Part shown: one piece after another, positions 1 through 8,567 of the stretch
Layout of the letters: the number at the start of each line of letters is the position of its first letter
Position numbering within the stretch: position 1 is the first letter of the stretch
Source: Megasphaera elsdenii DSM 20460
GTDB lineage: Bacteria > Bacillota > Negativicutes > Veillonellales > Megasphaeraceae
Direction of reading: 5' to 3'
DNA length: 32,000 bases
Assembly: GCF_003010495.1 (NCBI RefSeq)
Contig: NZ_CP027570.1
Coordinates: 570,001 to 602,000 of the forward strand
Notes under the pieces: generated by a model
Told to the model about the DNA's origin: nothing
What the model saw: only the letters and a program-made list of their open reading frames with translations
The model's database searches: none
Program-made: the position numbers and the translations under genes

Positions 1-1272
1 GCCCTGACAGAGCTGGGCTACGACCAAAGCGACCAGTGACGCCGTACAGAGGACGAGCAGGTGTTCATAAGAGCTGGTCATTTCCATGATGAGAATCGTT
101 CCCGTAACCGGTGATTGTACCGAGGCCGCAAAAAAAGCAGCCATGGAGATGACGACGATGTTAGATAAGTAATACGAAGAGATGAGGCCCAGCTGCACGA
201 AGACGATGCCCGTAATGCCGCCCGTCAAAGCCCCCAGGACCAGCATGGGCAGGAAGAAGCCGCCAGGAACGCCGCAGCCATAGCTGACCAGGGTAAAGAG
301 GAACTTCCCGATGAGCAGGCCGGCAAAGAGTTTCAGCGACAAGGGCAGCGTATAAAGACTGTTGACCAGGTCGTTGCCGCCGCCAAGGACTTCGGGGAAG
401 ACATAGCCCAGTACGCCGGCCATGCATAAGGCAAAGGCAATGCGCATATATTGATTGCGAAAAACGGGTAAGTCATAAAAATAATGAATATTCAGCAAGC
501 CTTTATTGAAAATAACGCCCGCAAAACCGATAATAATTCCCAAAATAACTACAATCCACATGTACCGGAGAGGAAAGGGCGGCAGCATGCCGAAATGGAA
601 GACCGGCGCCCGGCCAAAGACGTAACGGCTGACCATGGTAGCCAATAGGGCCGCTGCCATGGACGGTGCCAGGACGACACCGGAAAAATTGCGGTGCAGT
701 TCCTCCAGGGCAAACATGACGCCTGCCAGTGGCGCATTGAAAGCCGCCGCCAGGCCGGCGCTGGCACCGGCCGTGATGAGATAGCGTTCTTCCATCCGCG
801 TCCGGCCGAAAGCCCGGCTCAAGCCCTGGGCGGTGACGGCACCGATCTGGATGGACGGTCCTTCGCGGCCCAGGGACAGGCCCAGGCCGATGCCGACGAT
901 GCCGCCGACGAGCTTGACCCAGAGGATGCGCAGCCAGCGCATGCGGATGGCCCCTAAGATGACGCCTTTTACCTGTGGGATGCCGCTGCCGCCGGCATTG
1001 GGTTCATACACGCCCAGACGCCATAAGAGCAGGGCCGCGGCCAGTAAGACAGCGAACCAGCCCAGGTTCAGGAGTATGCCGCCGCTGGCCAGGACATTGG
1101 CATAGATCCATTGGCGCCAAACTGTCCCCATTTCCAGGCCCCAGCGAAAAAAGCTGATAACGGTTCCCGATAATATTCCGACTAAAATGCCTTCAAAAAA
1201 AAGGCGCAGCCGGAACCGCGGCCAATGGTCCAGAGCCCGCAGAGCCGCTTCTAACTGTGTATCGACATGCAT
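1..1272 (-). CDS. ClC-family chloride channel / H+-Cl- antiporter (C-terminus lies beyond the left window edge)
   Basis: I translated the minus strand from the ATG at 1272-1270, giving MHVDTQLEAALRALDHWPRFRLRLFFEGILVG... The frame stays open to position 1. It carries the canonical ClC selectivity motifs GGSGIPQ (about 973-993), GLSLGREGPSIQIG (about 833-880) and GVPGGFFLPML (about 241-280). It is missing from the supplied ORF track because it has no in-window stop codon. An extended -10 (TGgTATAAT) lies about 40 nt upstream on the minus strand. Confidence 0.85.
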   Translation of the reverse strand, partial: MHVDTQLEAALRALDHWPRFRLRLFFEGILVGILSGTVISFFRWGLEMGTVWRQWIYANVLASGGILLNLGWFAVLLAAALLLWRLGVYEPNAGGSGIPQVKGVILGAIRMRWLRILWVKLVGGIVGIGLGLSLGREGPSIQIGAVTAQGLSRAFGRTRMEERYLITAGASAGLAAAFNAPLAGVMFALEELHRNFSGVVLAPSMAAALLATMVSRYVFGRAPVFHFGMLPPFPLRYMWIVVILGIIIGFAGVIFNKGLLNIHYFYDLPVFRNQYMRIAFALCMAGVLGYVFPEVLGGGNDLVNSLYTLPLSLKLFAGLLIGKFLFTLVSYGCGVPGGFFLPMLVLGALTGGITGIVFVQLGLISSYYLSNIVVISMAAFFAASVQSPVTGTILIMEMTSSYEHLLVLCTASLVALVVAQLCQG

Positions 1273-1377
1273 ATCTTTCACAATCCTTTCTATTCGTATG
1301 ACCAAAATTATACCACAAGTACTGCGGCTTTAGCAGGCCCTCGAAGGCCTTCCCCAGGTCTTATTATAGTAATATAG

Positions 1378-1409
1378 AAAAAAATCCGCTGTCGGTGGCA
1401 GGATTTTTT
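1378..1409. other. Imperfect hairpin flanked by an A7 run and a T6 run (bidirectional-terminator shape) inside a divergent intergenic region
   Basis: The sequence is AAAAAAATCCGCTGTCGGTGGCAGGATTTTTT. AAAATC pairs with GATTTT, and an inner CTG pairs with CAG around a 7-nt loop. It sits between the divergently transcribed ClC gene (start 1272) and the amidohydrolase gene (start 1477). Confidence 0.3.
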
Positions 1410-1476
1410 GTTTTATTATAGAATAATATATACATATATAGAAAATGCATCCGGCTCAATAAAGGGGGACTGTCCT

Positions 1477-2667
1477 ATGAACGATAGATACACACCGACA
1501 TTTAATATTCACGAAGCAGTGCGCAAGACCTTGCCGTATATGATGGAAATGCGCGAGTATTTCCATGCCCATCCGGAATTGAGCGAAAAGGAATTTGATA
1601 CGTGCAAGACAATTTTCCAGGAACTGTCCCTCATGGGCATTGAAGACGTCAAGATCATCGCCGGTACGGGCGTCACCGGCCTGATCCACGGCGCCCTGCC
1701 CGGTCCGGTCATCCTCTTGCGGGCCGATATCGACGCCTTGCCGCTGACGGAAAAATTCGACTGCCCCTATTCGTCCCTCGTCGACGGCGTCATGCACGCC
1801 TGCGGCCATGACGGCCATGCAGCCAATCTCCTGGGGGTCGCCAAAATCCTTAACAAGCACAAGGACTGCCTGCGCGGCACGATCCGCCTGGCTTTTCAGC
1901 CGGCTGAAGAAGGCAACGGCGGCGCAGCCCGCATGATTGACGCCGGCATCCTCAACAATCCCCGCGTCGATTATGCCCTGGGCCTGCACGTCGCTGGCAG
2001 TCTGCCAAAGGGCTACGTCGGCATCGGCCGCGGTGAAATCTCGGCATCTTGTGACGACTTCACGATCACCCTCCACGGCCGCGGCGGCCACGGATCCCAG
2101 CCGTCCTTATGCATCAGCCCGATTCAGATGGGCATCGATATCATCCAGTCCATTCAGAACTTCGTCTACAACTGCCACGCTGACGGCGACGGCGTCGTCC
2201 TTACCTTTGGCCAGTTCCAGGCCGGCCACAACCCGAACGTCATCCCGGAAACGGCCGAACTGAAAGGGACCTTGCGGACGTATAATGAAGAAAAACGAAA
2301 ACGCATCCTCGACGCCATCCAGGCTATTCTGAAAAACGTCACCACCACTTATGGCGGCACTTTCGATTTGAACGTCGTACCTTTCTCGCCAGTCTGCGTC
2401 AATGACGATGGCGTCACCGACCGGGTCGTCCACATTTTACAAGACCACTGTGCCAATCGAGTCGACCTCATTCCTTTGAAACGCGGTTCTGGTTCAGAAG
2501 ACTTTGCCTACTTCAGTGCCGCCGTGCCCAGCTCATTCTACTACGTCGGCGTCTACAGCGACGCACCGGTCATTGGCCATTCGCCGGAATTCCATTGGGA
2601 CAGCAATGCCTTGAAGTATATGTGCGAAACGATGCTCAACATCGTCTATTACTTTGAAAGCTATTGA
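1477..2667 (+). CDS. M20/M20D-family amidohydrolase (N-acyl-L-amino acid amidohydrolase / hippurate hydrolase-like)
   Basis: This is the 1408..2667 ORF trimmed to the ATG at 1477, which follows AAGGGGGA by about 8 nt. Metal-ligand and catalytic motifs are MHACGHDGH and FQPAEEGNGGA. Length and domain order fit the M20D aminoacylase family. Confidence 0.85.
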   Translation: MNDRYTPTFNIHEAVRKTLPYMMEMREYFHAHPELSEKEFDTCKTIFQELSLMGIEDVKIIAGTGVTGLIHGALPGPVILLRADIDALPLTEKFDCPYSSLVDGVMHACGHDGHAANLLGVAKILNKHKDCLRGTIRLAFQPAEEGNGGAARMIDAGILNNPRVDYALGLHVAGSLPKGYVGIGRGEISASCDDFTITLHGRGGHGSQPSLCISPIQMGIDIIQSIQNFVYNCHADGDGVVLTFGQFQAGHNPNVIPETAELKGTLRTYNEEKRKRILDAIQAILKNVTTTYGGTFDLNVVPFSPVCVNDDGVTDRVVHILQDHCANRVDLIPLKRGSGSEDFAYFSAAVPSSFYYVGVYSDAPVIGHSPEFHWDSNALKYMCETMLNIVYYFESY

Positions 2668-2678
2668 TAAATCACGAG

Positions 2679-2706
2679 TTGTCTAATTTCATATTGAGCG
2701 TATAAT
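2679..2706 (+). promoter_or_regulatory. Sigma-A type promoter for the AEC transporter gene
   Basis: TTGTCT (2679-2684), a 16-nt spacer, then TATAAT (2701-2706). Confidence 0.5.
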
Positions 2707-2743
2707 GAGGGGTATCCATCTCGAAAAGGAGTGATACCCCTCA
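2706..2743 (+). promoter_or_regulatory. Perfect 11-bp inverted repeat bracketing the SD and ending on the start codon of the AEC transporter
   Basis: TGAGGGGTATC (2706-2716) is the exact reverse complement of GATACCCCTCA (2733-2743). The 16-nt loop CATCTCGAAAAGGAGT contains the SD AAGGAG. The last A of the 3' arm is the A of ATG 2743. Confidence 0.5.
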
Positions 2744-3717
2744 TGGTTTTCTGGTTCATTATCGAACACACAATGCTTCCCATTTTCTTTCTCGTCGTCC
2801 TCGGCTATTTCCTCGATAAAAAATTTCATCTCGACGTCAAGACCTTGTCAAAGCTCATGTTCTTCCTGGTCATCCCCAGTTTCATCTTCACCAACATCTA
2901 TACGACGCAATTCCCGGCGACAAGTATCAATATCATCGCCGCCATTGCCATCTTCATGTTCATCTGCTTCATCATCGCCAATATCGTAGCCCGTATCCGC
3001 CATTATGACGCAGCCATGCTGGAATCGTGCCGCAACGCCTTCATGTTCAACAACACAGGCAATCTGGGCGTCGCCTTGATCATCCTCGTCTTTTCCCATG
3101 ACCCCTTCGTCGTCAACGGCCAGACGCCGTATCTGGCCGAAGCCATGGTCGTCCAGATCATCATCTTCATGATCCAGAGCATTTCCCTTAACACACTCGG
3201 TCTTTACCAGGCCGGCCGAGGTCGCCTGACGGCCCGGGATACACTGGCCGTCATGTTCCACATGCCCCTGCTCTATGTCCTAGCCGCCGCCCTGATTGCC
3301 CGTTACATCGGCTGGGATGCGAAGGACTTCTTCTTATGGCCCATCATGGAAATGGCCAGCAAGGCCCTCCTGCCCCTGGCCATGGTCAGCATCGGCGCCC
3401 AGTTATCGCAGACGAAGATCCATTGGCTCGACAAGGATGTCTGGATTGTCAGCATCCTCAAGATGACGGCCCTGCCCCTCATCGGCCTGGCCATGATCTA
3501 TATCGCCAACGCCTTCCGGCCCGGCACGTTCACCGCCGTCAGCGCTACGGTCTTCCTCATCTACTGCGCCATCCCGACAGCCGTCAATACAGCCTTGTTC
3601 GCCATCGAATTCGACAACAATCCCGATTATGCCACGCAGGTCGTCATGAATACGACGGCCCTCAGCGCCGTATCCCTGACCTTCTATATTTTCCTGGGAC
3701 ACATTCTTTTCGTCTAG
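2743..3717 (+). CDS. AEC (auxin efflux carrier) family permease
   Basis: This is the 2731..3717 ORF, highly hydrophobic with about 10 predicted TM segments. The N-terminus (MVFWFIIEHTMLPIFFLVVLGYFLDK) and length are typical of the family. I prefer ATG 2743 (12 nt after AAGGAG) over the GTG at 2731. Confidence 0.75.
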   Translation: MVFWFIIEHTMLPIFFLVVLGYFLDKKFHLDVKTLSKLMFFLVIPSFIFTNIYTTQFPATSINIIAAIAIFMFICFIIANIVARIRHYDAAMLESCRNAFMFNNTGNLGVALIILVFSHDPFVVNGQTPYLAEAMVVQIIIFMIQSISLNTLGLYQAGRGRLTARDTLAVMFHMPLLYVLAAALIARYIGWDAKDFFLWPIMEMASKALLPLAMVSIGAQLSQTKIHWLDKDVWIVSILKMTALPLIGLAMIYIANAFRPGTFTAVSATVFLIYCAIPTAVNTALFAIEFDNNPDYATQVVMNTTALSAVSLTFYIFLGHILFV

Positions 3718-3793
3718 ATGATATGCTTTTTACCTAATCGTTAAGAAAATCAACATATTCTAACTTTTATCGAAAGAATTACAAAAAAAGTTA

Positions 3794-3822
3794 TTGACAC
3801 AATGCGATTTTTCTTATATAAT
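3794..3822 (+). promoter_or_regulatory. Consensus sigma-A promoter of the amtB-glnK operon
   Basis: TTGACA (3794-3799), a 17-nt spacer, then TATAAT (3817-3822). Confidence 0.7.
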
Positions 3823-3854
3823 ATTCCCATCAACAGAATAATGACGGCAAAGGA

Positions 3855-3895
3855 GCCCAAGAGGACAGTACCCCTGTCTTCCTGGGCTTTTCGTA
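3855..3895 (+). terminator. Leader hairpin 1 (terminator-like) upstream of amtB
   Basis: GCCCAAGAGGACAG (3855-3868) pairs with CTGTCTTCCTGGGC (3874-3887). That is 14 positions with one mismatch and one G-U, a 5-nt loop, followed by TTTTCGTAT. Confidence 0.5.
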
Positions 3896-3930
3896 TATTC
3901 TGGCGATAATAAAATATGACAGTAGACAAT

Positions 3931-3979
3931 GATGTCTTTTTCCTGGTGATTTCCATCAGGAAAGGCATCTTTTTTCTTT
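3931..3979 (+). terminator. Leader hairpin 2 (strong intrinsic-terminator shape) immediately upstream of the amtB SD
   Basis: GATGTCTTTTTCCTG (3931-3945) pairs with CAGGAAAGGCATC (3957-3969), giving 13 bp with a 2-nt bulge. TTTTTTCTTT follows directly. The SD AGGAGG is at 3983-3988 and the ATG at 3998. Confidence 0.55.
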
Positions 3980-3997
3980 GTCAGGAGGTTTGGGAAT

Positions 3998-5407
3998 ATG
4001 AAAAAATTATGGTCACGTTTAGGAGTGCTGCTCCCGTGTCTGCTCATGGCAGCGCCGGCAGCCTTCGCTTCCGATCCGGGGACGATCGATACAGGCGATA
4101 CGGCCTGGGTCCTCATCAGCGCCGCCCTGGTATTCATCATGACACCGGGCCTGGGCTTCTTCTATGGCGGCATGGTCCGCAATAAGAACGTCTTGACGAC
4201 GATCATGCAGAGTTTCTTCATCGTCGCCATGATTTCCGTAGAATGGATCCTCATCGGCTACGCCATGACATTCGGCACAGATATTAATGGTTTCATCGGT
4301 TCTCTTGATAAAGTCGGCCTGGCCGGTGTCGGCATGTCCGTTCTGGAAAACGGGACCATTCCGGAAATGGCTTTCGTCGCTTTCCAGTGCATGTTCGCCG
4401 TCATTACTCCGGCCCTGATTACAGGGGCCTTTGCGGAACGCATGAAGTTCCACGCTTTCGTCGTCTTCATCCTGCTCTGGGCCATCTTCATTTACAACCC
4501 CATGGCACACTGGGTCTGGGGCGGCGGCTTCCTGGCTAAACTCGGCGCCCTGGACTTTGCCGGCGGCCTGGTCATCCACATCCTCTCCGGTGTCTCTGGC
4601 CTGACACTCTGCGTCCTCCTGGGCAAACGCTATGGCTATGGGAAAATCCCCATGGTTCCGCATAACCTGCCCATGACCGTCCTCGGTGCGGCTCTCCTCT
4701 GGTTCGGCTGGTTCGGTTTCAATGCCGGCAGTGCGCTCGGCGCCAACGCTCTGGCTGCCAGCGCCTTCATCGCTTCGCAGGCTGCCGCTGCGGCAGCTAC
4801 CGTCACCTGGGTTGCCGTCGAATGGATTGTCCAGGGTAAACCGACCATCCTCGGTGCCGCTTCGGGCTGCATCGCCGGATTAGTTGCCATCACACCGGCA
4901 GCTGGCTTCGTCGCTCCCCTTCCAGCCTTGATCATCGGCGCGATTGGCGGCGTCATCTGCTACTTCGCCGTCGCTGTCGTCAAAGCCAAACTCGGTTACG
5001 ACGATTCCCTCGACGCCTTCGGTATCCACGGCATCGGCGGTACCTGGGGTTCCATCGCTACCGGCATCTGGGCTACGACAGAAGTCAACCCGGCCGGTGC
5101 TGACGGCTTATTCTACGGCAGCTCCGACCTGCTCGTCGCTCAGATCATTTCGACCGTCGTCGCTTATGCTTTGGCTATTGTCGGCACATTCATCCTCTTC
5201 AAGATCATCAGCTTCTTCATGACTGTCCGCACCGATAAGAACGAAGAAATCACAGGTCTCGATATTGGCGAACACGGCGAACGGGGTTATAATTATGCTA
5301 TCATGTCCGGCAGCCCCTTCGGAGAAACGCCGACGACGCCCTTTGGCAATGCAGCTTTAGACAATGCCGCCGTCAACAGCGCAGGCATTAACGGTCGTAA
5401 CTTATAG
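3998..5407 (+). CDS. amtB: Ammonium transporter (Amt family)
   Basis: 469 aa with an N-terminal signal peptide MKKLWSRLGVLLPCLLMAAPAAFA. Amt signature blocks are DFAGGLVIHILSGVSGL, LWFGWFGFNAGS and DDSLDAFGIHGIGGTWGS. A P-II gene follows directly. Confidence 0.95.
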   Translation: MKKLWSRLGVLLPCLLMAAPAAFASDPGTIDTGDTAWVLISAALVFIMTPGLGFFYGGMVRNKNVLTTIMQSFFIVAMISVEWILIGYAMTFGTDINGFIGSLDKVGLAGVGMSVLENGTIPEMAFVAFQCMFAVITPALITGAFAERMKFHAFVVFILLWAIFIYNPMAHWVWGGGFLAKLGALDFAGGLVIHILSGVSGLTLCVLLGKRYGYGKIPMVPHNLPMTVLGAALLWFGWFGFNAGSALGANALAASAFIASQAAAAAATVTWVAVEWIVQGKPTILGAASGCIAGLVAITPAAGFVAPLPALIIGAIGGVICYFAVAVVKAKLGYDDSLDAFGIHGIGGTWGSIATGIWATTEVNPAGADGLFYGSSDLLVAQIISTVVAYALAIVGTFILFKIISFFMTVRTDKNEEITGLDIGEHGERGYNYAIMSGSPFGETPTTPFGNAALDNAAVNSAGINGRNL

Positions 5408-5418
5408 AGGTGATACGA

Positions 5419-5784
5419 ATGGAAGAACATCCGATTACAAAAGTAGAAATCATCACTCGTCCCAGTAAATTGGAAGAGCTCAAAGAAGCCCTGAACAACA
5501 TCGGCGTCATGGGCATGACGGTCAGCCAGGTCTTCGGCTGCGGCCTCCAGAAAGGCTACGTCGAAGTCTACCGCGGCCAGCGGTATAACATCAACCTCCT
5601 GCCGGGCATCAAAGTCGAAACGGTCGTCTGCGAAGTCCCGGTCGACAAGGTCGTCGAAGTCGCTGAAAAAATCTGCAAAACAGGAAAACCCGGCGACGGC
5701 AAGATTTTCATCTACCGCCTGGACGATGCCGTCCGCATCCGTACTGGTGACCGTGGCCCTGTGGCCATTATGGACGAAAAGTAA
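5419..5784 (+). CDS. glnK: Nitrogen regulatory protein P-II (GlnK type, Amt-linked)
   Basis: ATG 5419 follows AGAGGTGA. The T-loop is GLQKGYVEVYRGQRY, and the C-terminal P-II signature is TGKPGDGKIFIYRLDDAVRIRTGD. The start is 12 nt after the amtB stop. Confidence 0.93.
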   Translation: MEEHPITKVEIITRPSKLEELKEALNNIGVMGMTVSQVFGCGLQKGYVEVYRGQRYNINLLPGIKVETVVCEVPVDKVVEVAEKICKTGKPGDGKIFIYRLDDAVRIRTGDRGPVAIMDEK

Positions 5785-5794
5785 GTGTATAAAA

Positions 5795-5842
5795 GGGGAT
5801 TCGCATGATGATATAAGGTTTCATGCGAATCCCCTCTTTTTG
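5795..5842 (+). terminator. Intrinsic terminator of amtB-glnK
   Basis: A perfect 14-bp stem, GGGGATTCGCATGA (5795-5808) with TCATGCGAATCCCC (5821-5834), followed by TCTTTTTGT. Confidence 0.85.
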
Positions 5843-5938
5843 TTATTAAGGGGCTAACAACTTATCATTTTTGCGCTATAATAGCGTCATGAAAGAAAAA
5901 TCCACTGCAATTTGCTCGCAAGAGGAGGAATTCAACTT

Positions 5939-6688
5939 ATGGTAAAAATCGGCAAGGTTGCCCTCGACAATGGCATGCCTAAAATCTGTGTTCCCCTGGT
6001 CGGTCATTCTGCGGACGAACTCGTCCAGGAGTGCCGCTATCTCCAAGACAAGATCTATGACGTCGTCGAACTGCGCATCGATTTCCTGAAGGATGTCACA
6101 TCCCTCGACGCTGTCGGTGATGCCTTAGCCGCTGTCCGCCAGGAATTACCTGACAGCGCAATCTTGTTCACGTTCCGCACTAAAGAAGAAGGCGGCGAAA
6201 TGGAAGTTCCTGAAAGCTACTACTTCGATCTCATCGATTATGCTGTCAAAAGCGGTAAAATCGATGCCATCGACGTCGAATACTTCCGCGACCGCGCCAG
6301 CATAAAAAAAGTCCTGACCATCGCAAAAGAACACGGTGTCACAGTCATCATGAGCAACCACGACTTCGACAAGACACCGTCTTTCGATGAAATCACGGGC
6401 CGTCTCATTGGCATGAAGAAACTCGGCGCTGACGTGGCTAAACTGGCTTGTATGCCGAACTCGGCCAAAGACGTCCTGACCCTCTTGTCGGCAACGGAAG
6501 CCGTCAAATCCCAATATCCTGATGAACCACTCATTACCATGTCTATGGGTAAACTCGGCGCTATCAGCCGCATCAGCGGGGAAATCTTCGGCTCCGCCCT
6601 GACCTTTGGTTCGGCCAAAAAGGCCTCTGCACCGGGTCAGCTGGAAGTCACGACACTGCAGCAAATCTTGCGTGCCCTCCATTTCTGA
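5939..6688 (+). CDS. aroD: 3-dehydroquinate dehydratase, type I
   Basis: ATG 5939 follows AGGAGG. The type I motifs are IMSNHDFDKTP (catalytic His) and DVAKLACMP (Schiff-base Lys). A candidate -10 TATAAT at 5877-5882 is embedded in the 13-nt palindrome CGCTATAATAGCG (5874-5886). Confidence 0.9.
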   Translation: MVKIGKVALDNGMPKICVPLVGHSADELVQECRYLQDKIYDVVELRIDFLKDVTSLDAVGDALAAVRQELPDSAILFTFRTKEEGGEMEVPESYYFDLIDYAVKSGKIDAIDVEYFRDRASIKKVLTIAKEHGVTVIMSNHDFDKTPSFDEITGRLIGMKKLGADVAKLACMPNSAKDVLTLLSATEAVKSQYPDEPLITMSMGKLGAISRISGEIFGSALTFGSAKKASAPGQLEVTTLQQILRALHF

Positions 6689-6789
6689 TCAGGATGCAGT
6701 TCACATAGGCAAAGGGCTTGCCTCAATGTCTTCATACGGAAGTAATGATAGGGTATCCGCAAAAAAGAGCCTCAAAGGGGACGATAATA

Positions 6790-7965
6790 ATGGCAAAAGA
6801 AAAGCTGTGGACAGGCCCATTTTTATCTATGGGCAGCACGAATTTTTTCCAACTGATGACCCAATATATCTTAGTAACGACCTTACCGCTCTGTATTATC
6901 GATTCTTTCCAAGGAAGCGAAATAGAAGCAGGCCTAGCGATGACTTTTTTCCAAATCGGTACGAGTCTATTCCGCCCGGCAGCCGGGTATTTTGTCGATA
7001 AGGAAAATAAACGGCACCTGCTGCTTTTTTCACTCATCGTCTTCCTCATCATTATCGGTGCTTTCAATGGCATTGAAAATGTAGCCGAAATCTATGGGCT
7101 GCGGCTGCTCCACGGTATCATCTTCGCCTTAGCGACGACGACAGCAGCATCCATTGCCGTCCTGGTCATCCCCGCTTCGCGCCGCGGTGAAGGCATTGGA
7201 TATTTTTCAGTGACGACGAATTTAGCCATGGTCATTGGGCCCTTAGCCGGTCTGCTGTTATATAACGGTCTGGGTATGTCTGGCCTGTTTTTATCCTTGA
7301 CAGCCCTGGCCATCCTGACCTTAGTCATTGCCGCTATAGTCCCGCTCCCAAAGGCAGTCGTAAAGCCAGTACCCCGTACACATGACGAGCCGATATGGTC
7401 CCATATCGTAGAAAAAAAGTCGCTGCCTGCATCCCTGCTGGGAGGACTGGTCTTCTTCGCTTACGGCGGTATCCTCACTTTTATTCCCTTATACGCCGCA
7501 TCCCTACATCTGTCGGACAGCACAGGACTTTTCTTCGCAATCTTCGCACTGGTCATCGTCCTCAGCCGTCCTGTCGTCGGCAATGTCTTTGACCGAATGG
7601 GAGCCAGCGCCATTGTGTACCCTGGCTTCATCATCTTTATGGCCGGCTTCATTGTCTTCAGCCAGGTAACATCTCAGGTCACGCTCCTCATTGCCGCGGC
7701 AATCCTCGGCCTCGGCTTCGGCGCCTTGAGCCCAGCCTTCCAGACCTTGGCCATCCAAAGTGTCCCGGCCGAACGCGCCGGTGCCGCTACGGCGACGTAC
7801 TTTTGGTTCCTTGACATCTTCGTCGGACTGGCGGCCATGTTGCTCGGCTTTGTAGCCAAGCTCTTCGGATACATGCTGTTATACGGTGGAATCTGTACGG
7901 CCGTTACGGCTGCAGCTATGATATTATATTATTTTCTTTTTACTCGCTCCGCCCAGCGAACCTAA
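6790..7965 (+). CDS. MFS transporter
   Basis: This is the 6718..7965 ORF trimmed to ATG 6790, which follows AAGGGGA. It has 12-TM-like hydrophobicity and the MFS loop 2-3 motif GYFVDKENKRHLLL. Substrate is unknown. Confidence 0.8.
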   Translation: MAKEKLWTGPFLSMGSTNFFQLMTQYILVTTLPLCIIDSFQGSEIEAGLAMTFFQIGTSLFRPAAGYFVDKENKRHLLLFSLIVFLIIIGAFNGIENVAEIYGLRLLHGIIFALATTTAASIAVLVIPASRRGEGIGYFSVTTNLAMVIGPLAGLLLYNGLGMSGLFLSLTALAILTLVIAAIVPLPKAVVKPVPRTHDEPIWSHIVEKKSLPASLLGGLVFFAYGGILTFIPLYAASLHLSDSTGLFFAIFALVIVLSRPVVGNVFDRMGASAIVYPGFIIFMAGFIVFSQVTSQVTLLIAAAILGLGFGALSPAFQTLAIQSVPAERAGAATATYFWFLDIFVGLAAMLLGFVAKLFGYMLLYGGICTAVTAAAMILYYFLFTRSAQRT

Positions 7966-8015
7966 CCTCGCCTTCCCAAGACACATAGCCCATACGGGAC
8001 TTCCGATTCTTAACG

Positions 8016-8062
8016 AAAAAGCTGCCGCATTAAGCTAAAAACACTTAATGCAGCAGCTTTTT
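8016..8062. terminator. Bidirectional terminator between the MFS gene (+) and aroK (-)
   Basis: AAAAA, then GCTGCCGCATTAAG (8021-8034) pairing with CTTAATGCAGCAGC (8044-8057) with one mismatch, then TTTTT. Confidence 0.8.
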
Positions 8063-8567
8063 AGTCTATCTCTTTTATGAGTTTTTCAAAATCATCAAGA
8101 ACCGCTTCCATTGGCTTATTATTGGGGATGCAGTAATCAGCGGCATTGCGGTAAAGGTCAATGCGTTCGTCGTAGAGGTCGTAGACTTTCTGTTTGCCGT
8201 CTTTCAGCAAAGGCCGTGTCGATACGTCGACGTCACTGACAATGTCATCAGGGGAACGGTCAAGAAAAAAGACCGTTCCGGTTTTCTTGAAGATGTCCAT
8301 GTTTTCCGAGCGCTTGACGACGCCGCCACCGCAGGCTACGACGATACCCGATTTATGGGCCAGGAACTGGCTGGCCCGGACTTCGGCGTCGCGGAAGCAG
8401 TCTTCACTGCTGGCGAAGAGTTCCGGAATGGTCTTGCCTTCCTGTTCGACAATGACATCATCGGCGTCGTAAAAATCACGGCCTAAGCGTTTCGCCAAAG
8501 CTTTCCCTAACGTACTCTTACCGCATCCGGGCATGCCGATGAGGATGATGTTCTGTTTATTATTCAT
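8061..8567 (-). CDS. aroK: Shikimate kinase
   Basis: The protein starts MNNKQNIILIGMPGCGKST (Walker A). ATG 8567 overlaps the aroE stop as ATGAATAA. I reject the upstream extension to 8600. Confidence 0.9.
   Translation of the reverse strand: MNNKQNIILIGMPGCGKSTLGKALAKRLGRDFYDADDVIVEQEGKTIPELFASSEDCFRDAEVRASQFLAHKSGIVVACGGGVVKRSENMDIFKKTGTVFFLDRSPDDIVSDVDVSTRPLLKDGKQKVYDLYDERIDLYRNAADYCIPNNKPMEAVLDDFEKLIKEID

Noticed and set aside
1273-1476. A fluoride (crcB-motif) riboswitch controlling the ClC gene.
   Set aside because: The conserved riboswitch core is not visible on the minus strand. The channel also has the canonical chloride-type GSGIP and GREGP motifs rather than the variants seen in fluoride-specific CLC-F proteins.
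3750-4185. Track ORFs 3750..3968 (-), 3814..4140 (-) and 3916..4185 (+), plus a 22-codon ORF starting at 3841, all in the amtB leader.
   Set aside because: They have no SD, they cross the promoter and hairpins or overlap amtB out of frame, and they look AT-rich and non-coding. The region is better explained as a regulatory leader.
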